Shown: positions 1 to 13,450, counted from the first letter of the stretch. The stretch: 64,000 nucleotides of DNA from Ramazzottius varieornatus (GCA_001949185.1 BDGG01000003.1:1033530-1097529); one strand, 5' to 3'. Program-made: numbers and translations. Notes: a model not told the origin generated them from the letters alone.

Positions 1-237
1 AAAGACCAGACTTCCGACATCCAGACCCCACAGTTGACAGCTTAACTGGTTATTTCGGCTCTACGTATATACGACCAGAAAACTTCGAAGACATCAAGCC
101 AACCGTGTACGCATGTGGTATGTCTTCTCTACAGTATGACATTACACCATCACAAGCGACATCACTACCACTCACAAGCGCGCGCCGGCCAGTACTGTCT
201 GGTACTGTCGTTTCCTATTGAGTAATGAGAGACCACA

Positions 238-382
238 CTGTAAATATTCGCTGCATTCCGGAAGTGCGCACACGTGCGTGCTAATGCACTCCCGTGGGAA
301 GTTGCGGAACCCGTGAAACCGGACCGGGGCTGTACTTCACTTGTACGAGGACGTGTTGCGCGGATGCAGCGAATTTTTACAG
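238..382. mobile_element. Small MITE (TIR ctgtaaatattcgctgcat / atgcagcgaatttttacag); diverged relatives near 35630-35700, 37003-37100 and 38290-38430
   Basis: ~20-bp imperfect terminal inverted repeats, TA at right flank; the same terminus or core recurs three more times in the window. Confidence 0.6.
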
Positions 383-1122
383 TATTTTCTGGCTGGCAAT
401 GTTGAAATGAGGTCTGGGAAACGAGATTTCCTGGACCTTGGGAGACGCTAATTCAGCTCAGGGTTCTATCAAGGGGGAAGACGGTTGTAAGACGGATGTT
501 TGTTGAAGCAGTCATAACTGGCGCAGAAAGCACAGAAAACATTGGGACCGCTGCGTCAAGTCAGGTGAGCAGGTTGACCCTTTAGCGTGGCGCAGGTTAC
601 CATAGTGAAGTATACGAAAGTGAGATGGATTCCACTGCGGTGCGAAGTTAGAAGCATGAAGTTTGATCATGCTTCTATCGTAACTGCAGGGGGCAAGAAG
701 TGTTTCAACATCGGGATCTTTATGATCCTGTGTCTATCCTGTTCTCTGGATTGGCCACAACACCGCTATCTCTTTGGTTATAGTGACCGCTCCTTGGATC
801 CTACTGTGGTACCAGGTCGCGGCGCAGAAAGGAGCATGACACATGTAACTCTTTGTAACACGTGTATAAGAATTCCCGATCCGTCGATCCCGAAGTAGCA
901 CCAGCTGTTCGGGGCAGAGCACAATTTACCACCATCCGGATCCTCCCATGTTTCCGTAATAGCTGCCACCGTTGTAGTATCTTCCGCGTCGCCCTCAACT
1001 GTACCTGTCATATCCATAGTTGCTGCCGTAGTAATCGCTTCTACAGTCGTCAACCTTACACAGCAAGAGTGAAAGTTTTCTGCAGACTGATGCAACCAAC
1101 CAGCAGAAAGCCGGTCGATTAA

Positions 1123-2471
1123 CACTCTGCGTACTACCGTCCTCTTTGTGTATACAATCACTCGGTTTTACTCCCTTCCCAATTTTAGCTTTTGGTCTTT
1201 CGGGTCCGGGTCTTCCTGTTTGCATGTACTGTACCTCGGTCTTCTCACCAAAGTAACACTAGTGACCAGCGGTCAGCAAAACCCCAGCACGCTGGAAATG
1301 TTTTCTACGGTTTCGGGGGGTTTTGGTGGAATTTGGTCTTTCGTCTCTTCGCGCGAGACACGTGCACGGTATTCGCTTAGAAAAAAACTGGAGCACTGGG
1401 GACAGTCTTATCTACCGAAGCCGAGCCTGGGATAAATTTTGTAGTTATCAGTGCGGTCAGAAGAAAATCAAGACTACCAGTTCTCCCTTTTGAGATTTGG
1501 CGTTCATGGCCTGCCCATATCCGAATTATGAAATTTCGAAAACTGCCTATTGGTTGGCCCAGCCTCCGCAACACGGTACCAGCCGATAAAATTCCTGTAT
1601 ACACAAAGAGGACGGTAGTATTCTGCAAACATGAACACGATCGTGCTGAAAGTAGAGCTATTATTGGTTTGAACCATGTGGTTTGCTTTGGTTTAAGAGG
1701 TGGTTTGCATGCCGGACCGGTTAAATGAAAATGGTATCTCCCACAAACCACCAAAAGTGGTCTAAATTTTAAACCAGACCAATTAAACCAAACCACATAA
1801 ACCGTCGGTTTGAACCGGTTTGCGAACAACTTTCGATCCCCAGTACATAGTAAGTGGTGCCACAGTTTTCTTCACTTGACCAAACAACTAAAATAACCAC
1901 CGAGGACAAGAAACTGAGCCACAGTTGCTGGTTTCTCTACGAGCACACGCAAACAGGCAAAACTGGCGCGTGCCGGAATTGTAAAGACACCGTGGCAAGC
2001 ACGGCGGTAGCACAATCCTTTTTCCACCAGCAATGATGTCCAGCGCTGTCAGAATTGTGATTTCTGCCTGACGGAAGGCGTAGTTCTCAAGTCGCGCAGC
2101 TTATGACATAGTGCGCACCCAGTTAAAGCTGTGCATCACGAGTCATAGCTCATCAGAACGATGCGGCTGCGCACGGTGGCACTGGGTGGAAAAGGGATTG
2201 GCACAGCCAGATGGCCAATTTCGGCTCGAGTTCTGGCACGGAATCCGCAGGTTTCTTACGAAGTCTTCCCTTACCGCAAACCATATTAAACCACATAAAC
2301 CACTCGTTCATATGGTTTGGCGCGTGATCAAAACCGGTTTGAGTGGTTTGGTTTGAGATGCCATATGGTTTGAGGTGTTTCGGTTTGGATGTTAAACCAC
2401 GAACCACATAAACCATATAAACCACTTTCCAAGTGGTCTGGTCTGGTTTTTAACAGCTCTAGCTGAAAGTG
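1123..2471 (+). mobile_element. piggyBac-like non-autonomous element, interrupted near its right end by a hAT element
   Basis: TTAA at 1119-1122 and 2472-2475; CACT...AGTG termini; asymmetric internal inverted repeat tactaccgtcctctttgtgtataca (1132-1156 vs 1596-1620); uninterrupted sister copy at 61474-61918. Confidence 0.8.
1653..2461 (+). mobile_element. hAT-family internally deleted DNA transposon nested in the piggyBac-like element
   Basis: 8-bp TSD GCTGAAAG (1645-1652, 2462-2469); TIR TAGAGCTATTA / TAACAGCTCTA; many AAACCA/TGGTTT subterminal motifs; BED-finger-like remnant SCWFLYEHTQTGKTGACRNC at ~1920-1985. Confidence 0.85.
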
Positions 2472-2871
2472 TTAAATACAATTGCCGGGCATTTAATATC
2501 ACTAATTGCTTCCTGTTTACTTTTGAAATAGTCAAAAAGTTTCTTACTTCCATTGCGCACGACATGTGTCCAGTTTTTTCCGCAGCGACCTTGGGATAGC
2601 TAGACACTCACGGTATGGGATTTTTTGTTGTTTACCAAACAAGTTTCCATGAACGACTGGGATCAATTAAAACAATCTTGGAACTTGCTTCTGTTGATAT
2701 TGTCTTCGGTAGCGTCGCATCATACCGTGTCTTTCAAGGAACACCACACAGGCGAAGCCCAAGCTTAAGTAAAACCGGTTCCATAGTACACTTGGTAGCC
2801 GAACCGAATCTTTTTCGACGGAAAAAAAGCGGAAAAAAGTACAGACAAACGATATGCCGAACACCCTGGGT

Positions 2872-3195
2872 TCACCACCCGTGTCTTCCGTGATGTCCAT
2901 GATGGTGATGCCGTCTGCGGTGGCGCCTCCACCATCCTCCGTGGTAATGTCGATGATGATGGCGGTGTGGATAATCGTGGTAGTCGTCCCAGTAGCTCCG
3001 CTTTTCCCGGTTCAACGCCACATCAGTCGCGTTGGTGGATGAAGCAAGTATTGCGAAAAGCAGAACGCCGAAACCCAGCAGGTAAAACAAACGCAAAGAA
3101 CCCTACAAGAGTACCACACGGTTGGTGTCAGAGAAAAGTAAATGTAATGCACAAAATCTTAGAGTTAACAATATGGACAGATAAGCACTCACCAT
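2872..3195 (-). CDS. Secreted His/Arg/Trp-rich prepropeptide (2 exons: ATG 3193-3195, 2872-3102)
   Basis: ATG|GTGAGT donor and TGTAG acceptor join in frame to MGSLRLFYLLGFGVLLFAILASSTNA (signal peptide); REKR furin site; 41-aa His-rich mature peptide. Confidence 0.8.
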
Positions 3196-4089
3196 GATGG
3201 CACAGCTCGCACGTGGATGAATACCGCATCAACTGCACACCAAAAAACGCGAAAAAGACGTAAGAGCTACGTTAGTCTACATCTCAGATACTTATCTTCT
3301 GAGGTCCGAAAGGAAAAATCTCAGCCCATCCGTGTCTAAAGTATTTAGGTTTCTTGGCCAAAAGACATAAAACATTTTATTACCGTGACTTATGTACGAG
3401 GTACCGTCAATATTTGAACAAAACAATTTTGTCTTCATGAAGGTGAGCATGCCGGCGCCAATCTACCAGCCTGAGTTGTTGGACTTCTGACATCAACGTT
3501 CGGATATGCTGTAGGTTTCCGCGCTTTTGATGCGCGGTTTCATCAGTAAACCTGCATGTAGTTCGAGAGCTCTCATTAACAAGCCTGAAACTATGTTACC
3601 TTTCCACACGATAGAATTCAGAATAATGGAGCTACCACGCGCATCGTTGGGAAGTTCTTTACCACATCTACACTGGGCGTTACCCGTGTGACAACTGGTA
3701 CTGTGTATGTACTAGCAGTTACTGTAGTTCTGTGATGTGCTGATCAGCTGGGACACTTTACGGACCCGGTCCTTATGTAACGACTAGCCGGATAATGGAG
3801 GAAATATATCGTCGATGTGCCTACCGATCAGCTGATCGATATAACACCACACATAAAGCCCAGAACCGTCCGCCTCGGGCGGATTTTGCGCACAAACCGA
3901 GTTCTTAAGGCTTCCCAGCTGACCAACGCTTTACGGTATAGAACGGTACAACGAAATCCTCCACGGACACAACTTAAGGGGAAGTTATAGAGTATTCCGG
4001 CCCTTCTGGAGAACAATTGAATACGAGAGATGGGGCAACGTTTTCCGTGTAAAGACCGTTTCGCATGTTAGAATAATGGTCATGATACA

Positions 4090-4436
4090 GTTTACTGATG
4101 CGCGCAACGCACAAAGACGCTGAGGTGCGCTGCTGCGGACCCACAGACACAATTTTGGTTTTGCAGCGTTCTATCTCAACTTATCCGTTTCGTCAAAAGC
4201 CACCCAGTATCAAAGTCATAGATAACAACCTCGCCAACAAAGTGTAAGTGTTTTCGAACGGCGACCTGCAATGTCATCGAGCAATTCAAAAAATGGCAGA
4301 GCAACTCACTTTCGAGACGGAACTGTCAAAAACCGCGGACGGTCCACAAAACAAACATTCTGTGGGCACAACTGTCTTCGCTCGACAACGCTTTCTTGAT
4401 GAATTTCTTTTATCATTCGTTCCGTTTTTGGTTAAA
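4090..4436 (+). repeat. Dispersed repeat, homologous (inverted) to ~36350-36690
   Basis: Shared spurious ORF text FSNGDLQC...MAEQLT(F/L)ET(E/D)LSKTADG in both places; boundaries approximate. Confidence 0.7.
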
Positions 4437-7435
4437 CTTTAATCGTGATCGGGTCGACTGTTCAGAGTGACGCTTCGAAGTTGTTTACTCTAGGAGAAAG
4501 CGTGAGAGAGGCTTGAGCAGTCAACTTCCACCCTCTGTCTGCAGATGACTATTGCGCCGATTCTTCCTTTTTCTGCAGCGATAATTCGCTCTGTGCGTTA
4601 ACAACAGGCAGATAACGTTGAGTCTAAAACCGCAAGAAGTGACACTTTCCCTGTTTTTCTGAATTTTTTCTCCCCGCCTTGGCTCAACAGATTTTGAAGC
4701 CTGTCTTAACATTCGTTAGCAGCAGGTTAGGTCTCCATGATAGCAGTCACAAGATATCTCACCACGACCTCTGGAATTTTCGGTGCAAGCCGAAACCTGA
4801 GGAGCTAGCTTTCGACAGCTGATGCACTCATCGCCGCTCGGATCGCCTGATGAAGGTTGCGCCGATTTCGACAGGTATGATGTGCTTGTGAACTCTTTCG
4901 GCTAATTGAAAGGATCTGGGAACCCCGCTGTCTTCGTTGTAGAGGTTCTGAGTCTTTTGGTGTGTGTTTCAGGTGGCGGTTGGGGATCGAAAGTCGAAAT
5001 TGTGCGTTCCGTCAGCGATGTCGCTTTGGCATAATCAAACAATCAAGTGACTGGGTAAGAGTAATTTCGCTTGGGGATCGTAGTTTAGAACAAGCCAGGC
5101 AGCTGGCATCATCCTCGCTGCCTACCTTAACACCTGCTTTCTTCAGAACTCATAGTGGCGCGATGTCGCTGTTTTCTTTCTTGCACGACTGGATCGTCTC
5201 AACTTTGAGTAGTCCGGACATCGCCACCGACGTTTGTCCTACCTTTGAGCTGGTGTTTTCTTCAGAGATATCGCTTTGAATTGTTCGCTGTGTGTCCTGC
5301 GTCGAGTCTTGATTAATACGCTCCAACATTATAGTCAGGACTTCTGGAATCTCTTAGATCGTCCCGCTTTTGTGCACTTTCTGTCGTTATCTGCGGGCGT
5401 GAAGAGTAAAAGAACGAAGAACAATAAAAATCATCTTTTTGGGCTTTATTAGGGTTTTGGTCCAAGTGAAACACTTGAAAAATTCATAACTTTTTCCATG
5501 TCCCATAAACTTATATTTCCCAGCGGTAAACCAGTAACGTCATTTTCATGTCAGTTTTTGGGTTTCCTCTGGACTGTATCTGGACCAAAATTATTTCGAC
5601 GGAGTCATGCATAAGTGAAATTTCGGGGATTTCGGTTTTTGAATTTCATCGAGGCACGAACGCATCTCGCACCGCCGACAAAATCAGATCTATGTTTGAT
5701 GATGAAAAGACCTAAAATTTTTACTTTGGGAGATCGGGTTGATCGGTTTCGTTCCGGGGATGTTTCATTCAAAAGTTAACGTTACGAAAGACTGAAATCG
5801 AAAGTGGACGACAATGTATTGACCGATCATGTCACACCCGATCCTTCCCAAGCTATAGTGTAATTCTTACAGGACTAAGGTGTGCCTCCCTTAAGTCTCT
5901 AGTTAAATTGAATAAGACAAGGAGGGCGAAAAACCCCACTTACTTCGCGCACCCCGAAAATAACGCAGAGTTTTGTCTTTTGCCCTCTCCGAATAGCAAA
6001 CAAGAACGAGCTGAAAGGATACCGCATTGCTATCCGTGACAACACCGGCACTCTATAAAAGATTTCTAAGCAAGAAATGCTATGTTTTGCCAGAGGCGAA
6101 CCACGACAGAAAAGTTCGAACCGTGAGTGGCACCGAAAGAGAACCATGATTACATTTTGATGGCCACCTCCCACGCCTGACCGCTATAAATCTCTTTCGT
6201 CCAGCTACACGATAACATCATTCCGGTCCTCTTTGAAACAGGCATTATGTATGGAAACCTTCCCGTTGAAAACGAATTAATTCACGGACTGGAGTCACTA
6301 CTGTTGCATGTCTGCTCCGGAGGGCACTCTGAACAAAACACTTCCGCAGTACTGCAGAAATAGGAACTGAAATTTCTCATTCGGGCTTCTTATAGAAGGG
6401 TCCTTCTGCTAACCGATTTTCACCTGCTCAAGACATTAGACCTTCTCCAGCGAGATTTTCCCGGAACTGGGTTTGAAAAGTGGCGTTACGGAGATTATTA
6501 TCCCTCTTCTCCCAGGCTTTTGCAGCAATGGCACGAAATGTCTCCCAGAAAACTCTCGGGAGTTCCGCACTAGCATGTGTGTATAAGTTGATCAAAAAGA
6601 TTGCGGTATGGCGTTAGAAAAAAAATTTTGACTTCGGCAGAGGCCAAGGGACAAGTTATACAACGAGAAGGTTAGCGAACACCGTGACGATTGCAATGGC
6701 ACCCGAGTGTTGTCAGTACCCACCATGTTCAACTGCAGCGAAGCTCGGTGCGTGCAGCCACAGTCAAGTTGGCGTTGTTCCTGCCTGTGATACATGATGA
6801 GGTATCGGTACCGTGCAAAATGTTCATCCGAGTCTGATTGCACAGTGTGCGTATTATAAAACCGCTTGAATTCATCAGCATAAGTTCTGATCGATTTCGT
6901 CGTGATACGTAAACGGCACCACATTTATGGTTTGAAATTTGATTAGAAATCTGCTTGTATCTGCTTGTATCCTTTGCCACTACAGTTTTGTTTCTGTAAA
7001 TGCTGTGTCGGCATGAACCTGAGTCTGCTGTCCTTCGAGTTTTGTCAAGATCCGCGAGGAGCCACTGAACTACAGACCTGTAACTGCTGATACAAACGAA
7101 AAAGATGTTAAAGATACGTTTTCAGCGCAGTGACGAGCGGCACGCTCTTCTGTATTGGGAATATTAAGACATGCGCCTCCTGCCTGGACCTAGTTAGCCT
7201 TTCACAGATGACGCACAATCGTATGTCCTTTATGACATCGTTACAGATAGTTTATCAAAGTTATCTCCGGCGCATGGCTGTCACTGTGCAGTTGCCCATA
7301 CTGTTTATAATTAAAGACTCAAGCGAAAAGATTATTGTCGTATCCAAGCACGCGTCTTTCAGTCACTTTCCGGTTGTCCAAACGGTGTGAGGCGTTGGGC
7401 GTTCACAAAACCTTTATCTCCCACCTTTTGAAACC

Positions 7436-10400
7436 ATGGCAGATCACATTCGTCGGAGTTTCGGTAACAGGAAATCCAAAACCGACAATCGACTGACCAT
7501 TAGCCCAACTGACCTGAACGCACAGACGCGGAGCGTTTCGGAGTACGATCTGCCGTCGGTAACTTACTGGAAACCTGAAGACGACTTCGCTGCTCCCTAT
7601 TACCTCAACTCGGCACTCCCGGTCTCCACTCCTGAGTTACGCATCCAGGTCGAGACACCTCCAAATTCTCCGCCCTTGCGGGATTCCTCTCTGGGTCAAG
7701 TGGACCAAAGTCCTCTGACCAGTGACGCCACCTCCGAGTTTGAATACAGTAATAACTTTGTGCAGCGCGGCAGCGTCTTTCAGCCCTTTCACAAAGTTGT
7801 CCTTTGGTAAGGTCAATTGTACATACAGTACAGCACAGTACACCCGCCTCGCCTAACCATTGGCATGGACGAGAGTGTTAATTTTGGCAGCCTGCCGAAA
7901 GCGGCAGTGCACATTAAATCAAGCTAAAGCTGGCCACTGCCGCTTTCGACCGGCTGTCAATAGTTTTATCCATATCAAATTAAGGAATGGCGCGTGTACT
8001 ATTAATAGTATCTGATGCTGTTGTTAGACCTCTTGTTACTTAGTTGGGACAAACTCAACGCTTTCGTGCTGTCGCCAGAGGAGCGTCTCCCATTCGTAAA
8101 AAAATCCAAGCTTCACCCGACCTACATTGCTCAGCCTCTCCGGAATGTTAGCGGTGTTGCCTATGCTGGAAATACGGTGGCTGTAATCGGACCAAGTAAG
8201 AGCATCTGGGTTTCGGCGGCCCAATTTTCATACAAGCGTATGCCAGTCAAACTGTTCAGAAACGAGTTTGAAGTTCTGGGACCCTAAGGACACGATGCTG
8301 AAGTCCATTTGGCGATCTGACCACTGGTCAAACGTCCACGTAAGAATGATCCAGAGGGATTCGAAACTTTGACCGAAAAAGCGTTGACGTCATAAGGACG
8401 TCACATATCATAAAATTGCACATACCATCGTTTCGACATCCAACCCCCAGGCTTGAGTGTTTGAGCCATTAATCACCCCTGAAATTTTCTGGAGTAGGTT
8501 CCCAAAAGGGCGAACAGTGTTTTGGAACTTTGAGCCACGACGAGGCACGGTAAACTCACCACGAGACGCCCTTCGTTATCCTCCACAACTTGACGGCAAA
8601 AAAGGATCGTTCGGAGTAGAAAAAGTTTGTGTGCAAATTGGGCCGCCAATACCCATTTCATGAAGTAACGTACGACTTTTCCAGCGGTATGCTGTATCCT
8701 AACAGTTCTCCTCCGTAGCTGGAGCGGGAAAGACAGCTCTGCTGAACGTCCTTTCCGGACAATACTCCAAAAAGAATCTAAAAGTTGACGGTCAGATTTG
8801 CGTGAACAACGAAACCGCGTCACTATCAGCCTTACGAGCATTTGTGTACGTCCCCTCAGAAACCGTCTTCAGCACCTGTTTAACCGTTAAAGAACACCTC
8901 ACATTCCACGCTTATCTCCGCAACGAGCAGTGCTACTTCACTACCGAGAAAGACACCCTGGTTCTCGATATGATCAAAGCCGTCAACCTAACGTCGATTT
9001 CCGACCACCGTCTTGACCATGATATATCGACACTCCAGCTTCGCCAAGTCTGCATTGCTACAGCATGTCTTACGAATCCCGCAGCTATTTTCCTGGACGA
9101 GCCGCTGGCCAACCTCGATGCGGAAGAAGCCGAGCATGTCGGTCGACTTCTCAAAGCCATGGCGATTCAAGGCAAGATCGTCATGTGCAGCCTAACTCGT
9201 CCCACGTCCGAGGTCTTCGGTCTCTTCGACCACGTTGCGTTGATGCACAAATCCCGAATGGCTTTCTACGGGAGCATGGATGAGGTGGGACGTTTCTTCG
9301 CTTCTGTACTCCATATCTGGTCGACAGCTTACAACCCAGCTGATCATTACGTCCGAGCGGTTTCGACCGACGCCGACAAAGCGGACCGCATCTGTGAGCA
9401 GTACCTCATGTCGGATGTGTACGATACAATTCGGCGGAAGTTGGAGAACACGGCTCGGCTAGCCAGGGTGCATAACAAAGCGAAAAAGATGGGAGTGACG
9501 TCGAAGACGAAAACGGACTGGGTGTACCAACTGAAGACCTTGTTGGGAAGGAGGACGAAGGGATTACGGAGAAGTACCGTGGAGATCAAAGCGCCGTTCG
9601 CCTTGTACGCGTTTTTGGGAATCGTATTGGGAATGACATTTCTACCGCAAGACTACAGCGACATGGCCGGCGTAGAAAATATTAACGGTGCCATCTTTCT
9701 TCTTGCGTTCTTTCTGGTAAGCGCTCACAGTTTGCCACCTCTCGTTGCAGGCGAGTTCTTCATCGGTATCGTTTGTCCCCACCTGGTAGTTGGATTGTTT
9801 TTTCTGTTGTAGTCCTGGTTGCCCTTGTGTTCGATCAAGCCAGTCTTCTTCCCCCAACTGACTCTCCTTCAAATAGAGACTCGCTTCAAGCCGATATACC
9901 GCTTTTCCGCATTCTATCTCAGTCACATCCTCCTCGCAGTTCCCCTGCAAGCGATCCTCGCCGTCACGCTGATGACTGTTTCCTACTGGCTGGTCGGTCT
10001 GGCTCCTTCGGCGGTAAGCTTTCTGGCAGCATGTGGGATAGGAGTGTTGATCGCCAACGCTGGCCAGGCTTTTGCATTCCTGCTGGCTAGCTGTGTCTTC
10101 CAACAGCCGAAGTGGCGCATTCCTGTTATCTTCCTCCTGGGTGTTCCATCCACATTGTTAGCTGGGTACCTGCCACGTCTTCGAACAATGCCTGAATGGC
10201 TACGACCATTTTCTGTAAGCCTCACTGGAAGCATCATCTGCTGACTTTCGGTGTTCTTACTCTTTTGATATTTCAGTACCTTTCGTGGCTCCGATACGGA
10301 TTTCAAGCCTTGATGCGTAACCAGTGGAACATCGTTTCAATTAATGAGTTTGTGGCGTTGCGACATGCCTGTGATGAGGACAGCGAGGATTGTGAAGAAC

Positions 10401-10591
10401 TTTTGGGTACAAGACGCTTCAACGCGACGTGGAACGAGGAAGTAAGGTTTGTCTTGAAAGATTACGGTCTCTCAATGGACCTCAGCGAACAGCAAGACGA
10501 CGTTGCCTTCAACTCAGCAATGCTGGTGTGTTTCATACTGCTCTTTCATTTTCTGGCCGTTGTTGCTCTATGGCGTAAACCTTCTCGCTGA
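7436..10591 (+). CDS. ABCG (White-like) half-transporter, 5 exons, degenerate nucleotide-binding domain
   Basis: Walker A GPTGAGKT across an intron; Walker B IFLDEP; YNPADHY motif; NBD-then-TMD order; YLSWLRYGFQALMRNQW motif; canonical splice sites. Confidence 0.9.
7864..7973. repeat. Foldback/mini-MITE in ABCG intron 1
   Basis: Inverted arms tggcagcctgccgaaagcggcagtg / cactgccgctttcgaccggctgtca. Confidence 0.5.
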
Positions 10592-11672
10592 CTCAACGGA
10601 TCGGGTCAACACGAGTCCTAGCTTGAGTTTTTCGAGGCTCGATCCTGCGGCTACAGAGCAGGTTTCATTGTTGGAACTTGTCGGTGACGGCAGCGTGATG
10701 TAAAATGTCAGTTCCGGATCCTGCCATTATAACTTATCTCGACTAATTGCAACATTTGCTTGTTGATCGATCTGCACTAGTGGTTAGTTCCAGCTGGCAA
10801 ACTTCTCAATCTCAGTCCCACGCCAGATTTGGCTGCCATCGCTCCCCGTTTAACCGTTTTATGAGATGACTACGCCATGCCTTTCACCACGCGATAAAAG
10901 TTTCCCTGTAAATTAGCCGTAAACCAGCACATCAGATTTTTGTTACCGGGCGCACCAGTTTCGACCGCAGACCTTTTGTCAAAAACAGAAGAACTACTGT
11001 TTTCGGTAGGTAAGATCATTATGGAGAGATCAACCTTAACGATGCCTGCAATACGCGCTGTTCACGTTCGATCTTGCTTCAAGTTTTTGACACCTCATCG
11101 AACGTTTGATATTACGAAAAGCATCCACCGGCCCTGAATATATTAAAGTATTAAAACGAGTACTCCCAAGAGCTGCCGTTTCTCTCAAATTTGTACTGCG
11201 TTGATCATATCATCAGTGCGGATGGGTAGTACGATACACATCCGCCACATTCTTTTGGCAAGCATGATACCATGTATCATGTCTCCATCATCACTGTAAG
11301 CTTTTTATAGTGTGCGAACTCGTTATTGCATGGTTTCCTGCTTGACGCTTCTTGTTCTTCCGAAGATGAGCCGTCGGCTCTCCCAGTTGAGGTTTCCGAC
11401 ATGAGTCACCCAGTTTTGCTAGTAATTATACAACCACTTCCGACTGTGAAACCGACGTCAAGGCAAAGGCCGGCTGGAGTAAATATAATGGCTTACTTAA
11501 CACGCTGCTGAGTAATTAGTTCAACATCGGTTTCTTCCTACACGCTCCCTTTCTTTCAAACATGCGACTTGTGTTTGCCGCAGCAAAATCTTACCTCTTG
11601 TATCCTATTCTGACACTGATATCCAACAACTCTATATCTACATCTTTTGTTTATCAATAGTGCCTTTGTAAC

Positions 11673-13450
11673 ATGGCGCATCAGAATGACGCAGCGATTA
11701 TTATCCTGAACGATGAAGATGACCCCATTCGCCCTGTCCAAGTTCTTCATGGACCACAAAGACCATCGAAATCCAGTCTTGACACATTGGAAGTTGAGGA
11801 TCAACCGAAAGGATATTGGAAAGTCCTGCGGAAATGTTTACAGTTTTTATTCTCGCATATTGGTCTGACAGGTTTAGTAATTGGATATACTGTGGGCGGA
11901 GCATTTCTGTTCAACTATATTGAGGTATGAAGAGTATCATAAGTTGACTTCGAAGTATCCGTCGGGCTTTTCCCCGGATATCATCTTGCAGTTCGGAAAC
12001 CAACTCACCACGATCTTTTTTTAAATGGCGCACGCTTCCAGCCAACGGTACTGTAGGCGTGCGCTACTCGAGGAACGATCTGGTCGAGTTTGCGCGCACA
12101 GCTCCCATCTGTTCGCTCTGTGTGTTTTAGGAAGGTCAATGGCTGAATGACAGACAACAAGACCTAGACAAACGTCGTCCTCTCATCATCGAGGAGCCAG
12201 ACTATCTCGCGCACGCCGCTTTATCGGTGGCCGCCTGGAAAGCTTCATGGATGGATGACAAAGTCTTGCGTTTCTGGAATGGCGGTAGCGTGATCAACGA
12301 AATCTATCCCGTAGGCGAACTTGATCTCTGTCTGGGTCTAAACGAGCAATGATTAGTTATGTACATAGGATGATTGGCACAAGGATAGAGTTGATCAGAT
12401 TCGATTATGGGAAATCGAGCTAAATCAGTACATCTTGTTAAGCGTCGCCAGAATGGCTGCTGAGATTGCCGCCAACCGCACAGCGCGGGAGATGGAACAG
12501 ACGTCCAATGTTATCAATGCCCCCAACTGGAGCTTTCCCAGTGCTTTCTTGTACGCTCTCAGCATCGTTACAACCATCGGTAAGTAAATATGAACAAATT
12601 TTTTCATCGTTGGGTCGTCTAACGGGTGTATCTTACATCAGGTTATGGTCACGTGGCACCCTACACGCGCACCGGCAAGGTCGCCACTATCATATACGCC
12701 ATCATCGGTATCCCTCTCATGCTGGCTTTCCTCGCCAACATTGGTGATCTTCTGGCTCGTTTCTTCCGTATGGTCTTCGACCAGCTCTTCCTCATGAAAA
12801 CTTGCCGAAAAATCTACCGCCGTCGTGCTCAGACCTCGCTTCCGTCCACTGCCGTTGCATCCGTCACTGCTTCCCCTATGCCGCTCAAGAAACCACGCAT
12901 CAGCACGACCTCTGCCCCCTCTGCCTTTCCTTCGCCCATCCGCGTCGAACGACCGAAGCAGTCCCTCGTCATACAAGATCCATCAGCTTTAATGCCAAGA
13001 GTCCGTTCAATCTCCAGTGTTAACCCGGAATTCGAAGGGTACACAGCCGCTCAAATCTCCGTCATATCCGATATTCGAGAAGCCGAAAAGTCCGTGCCGG
13101 TGATGATGTGCGTCGTCATCATGGGCATTTACTTATTGGGGGGCGCAGTCCTGTTTTCGGTATGGGAAGGTTGGAACTACATGGATGGCTTGTATTTCTG
13201 CTTCATTACGCTGTCCACGATTGGGCTGGGAGATATGGTACCTGGTGCCACCTTACTGAATATAGCTGGCGGGAAAGGGCAGTTGATCGTGTGTTGTCTG
13301 TATATTTTAATCGGCTTAGCTTTCTTAGCTTCGTGCTTTAATCTTTTGCATGATTCCGCTAGAGGTGGACTAAGGAGTATCGGCGAGAAGATTGGATTGG
13401 TTAAGCAGAAACCGCCCAGTCGCAAAGCTTCCTCGGGAACCTTAATTTGA
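11673..13450 (+). CDS. Two-pore-domain (K2P/TWiK family) potassium channel, 4 exons
   Basis: M1 SHIGLTGLVIGYTVGGAFLF; pore 1 WSFPSAFLYALSIVTTIG|YGHVAP; pore 2 EGWNYMDGLYFCFITLSTIGLGD. Confidence 0.95.

Noticed and set aside
4460-5340. Minus-strand coding-like sequence with CxxC motifs
   Set aside because: Multiple stops and frameshifts and no recognisable family; at most an old relic
6730-7060. Possible integrase/transposase relic (DEFKRFYNTH...IMY) on the minus strand
   Set aside because: Similarity is too short and fragmented to call without a profile search
9751-9843. GC-AG intron in the ABCG gene
   Set aside because: A canonical GT-AG intron (9717-9812) keeps the frame and fits the family alignment better
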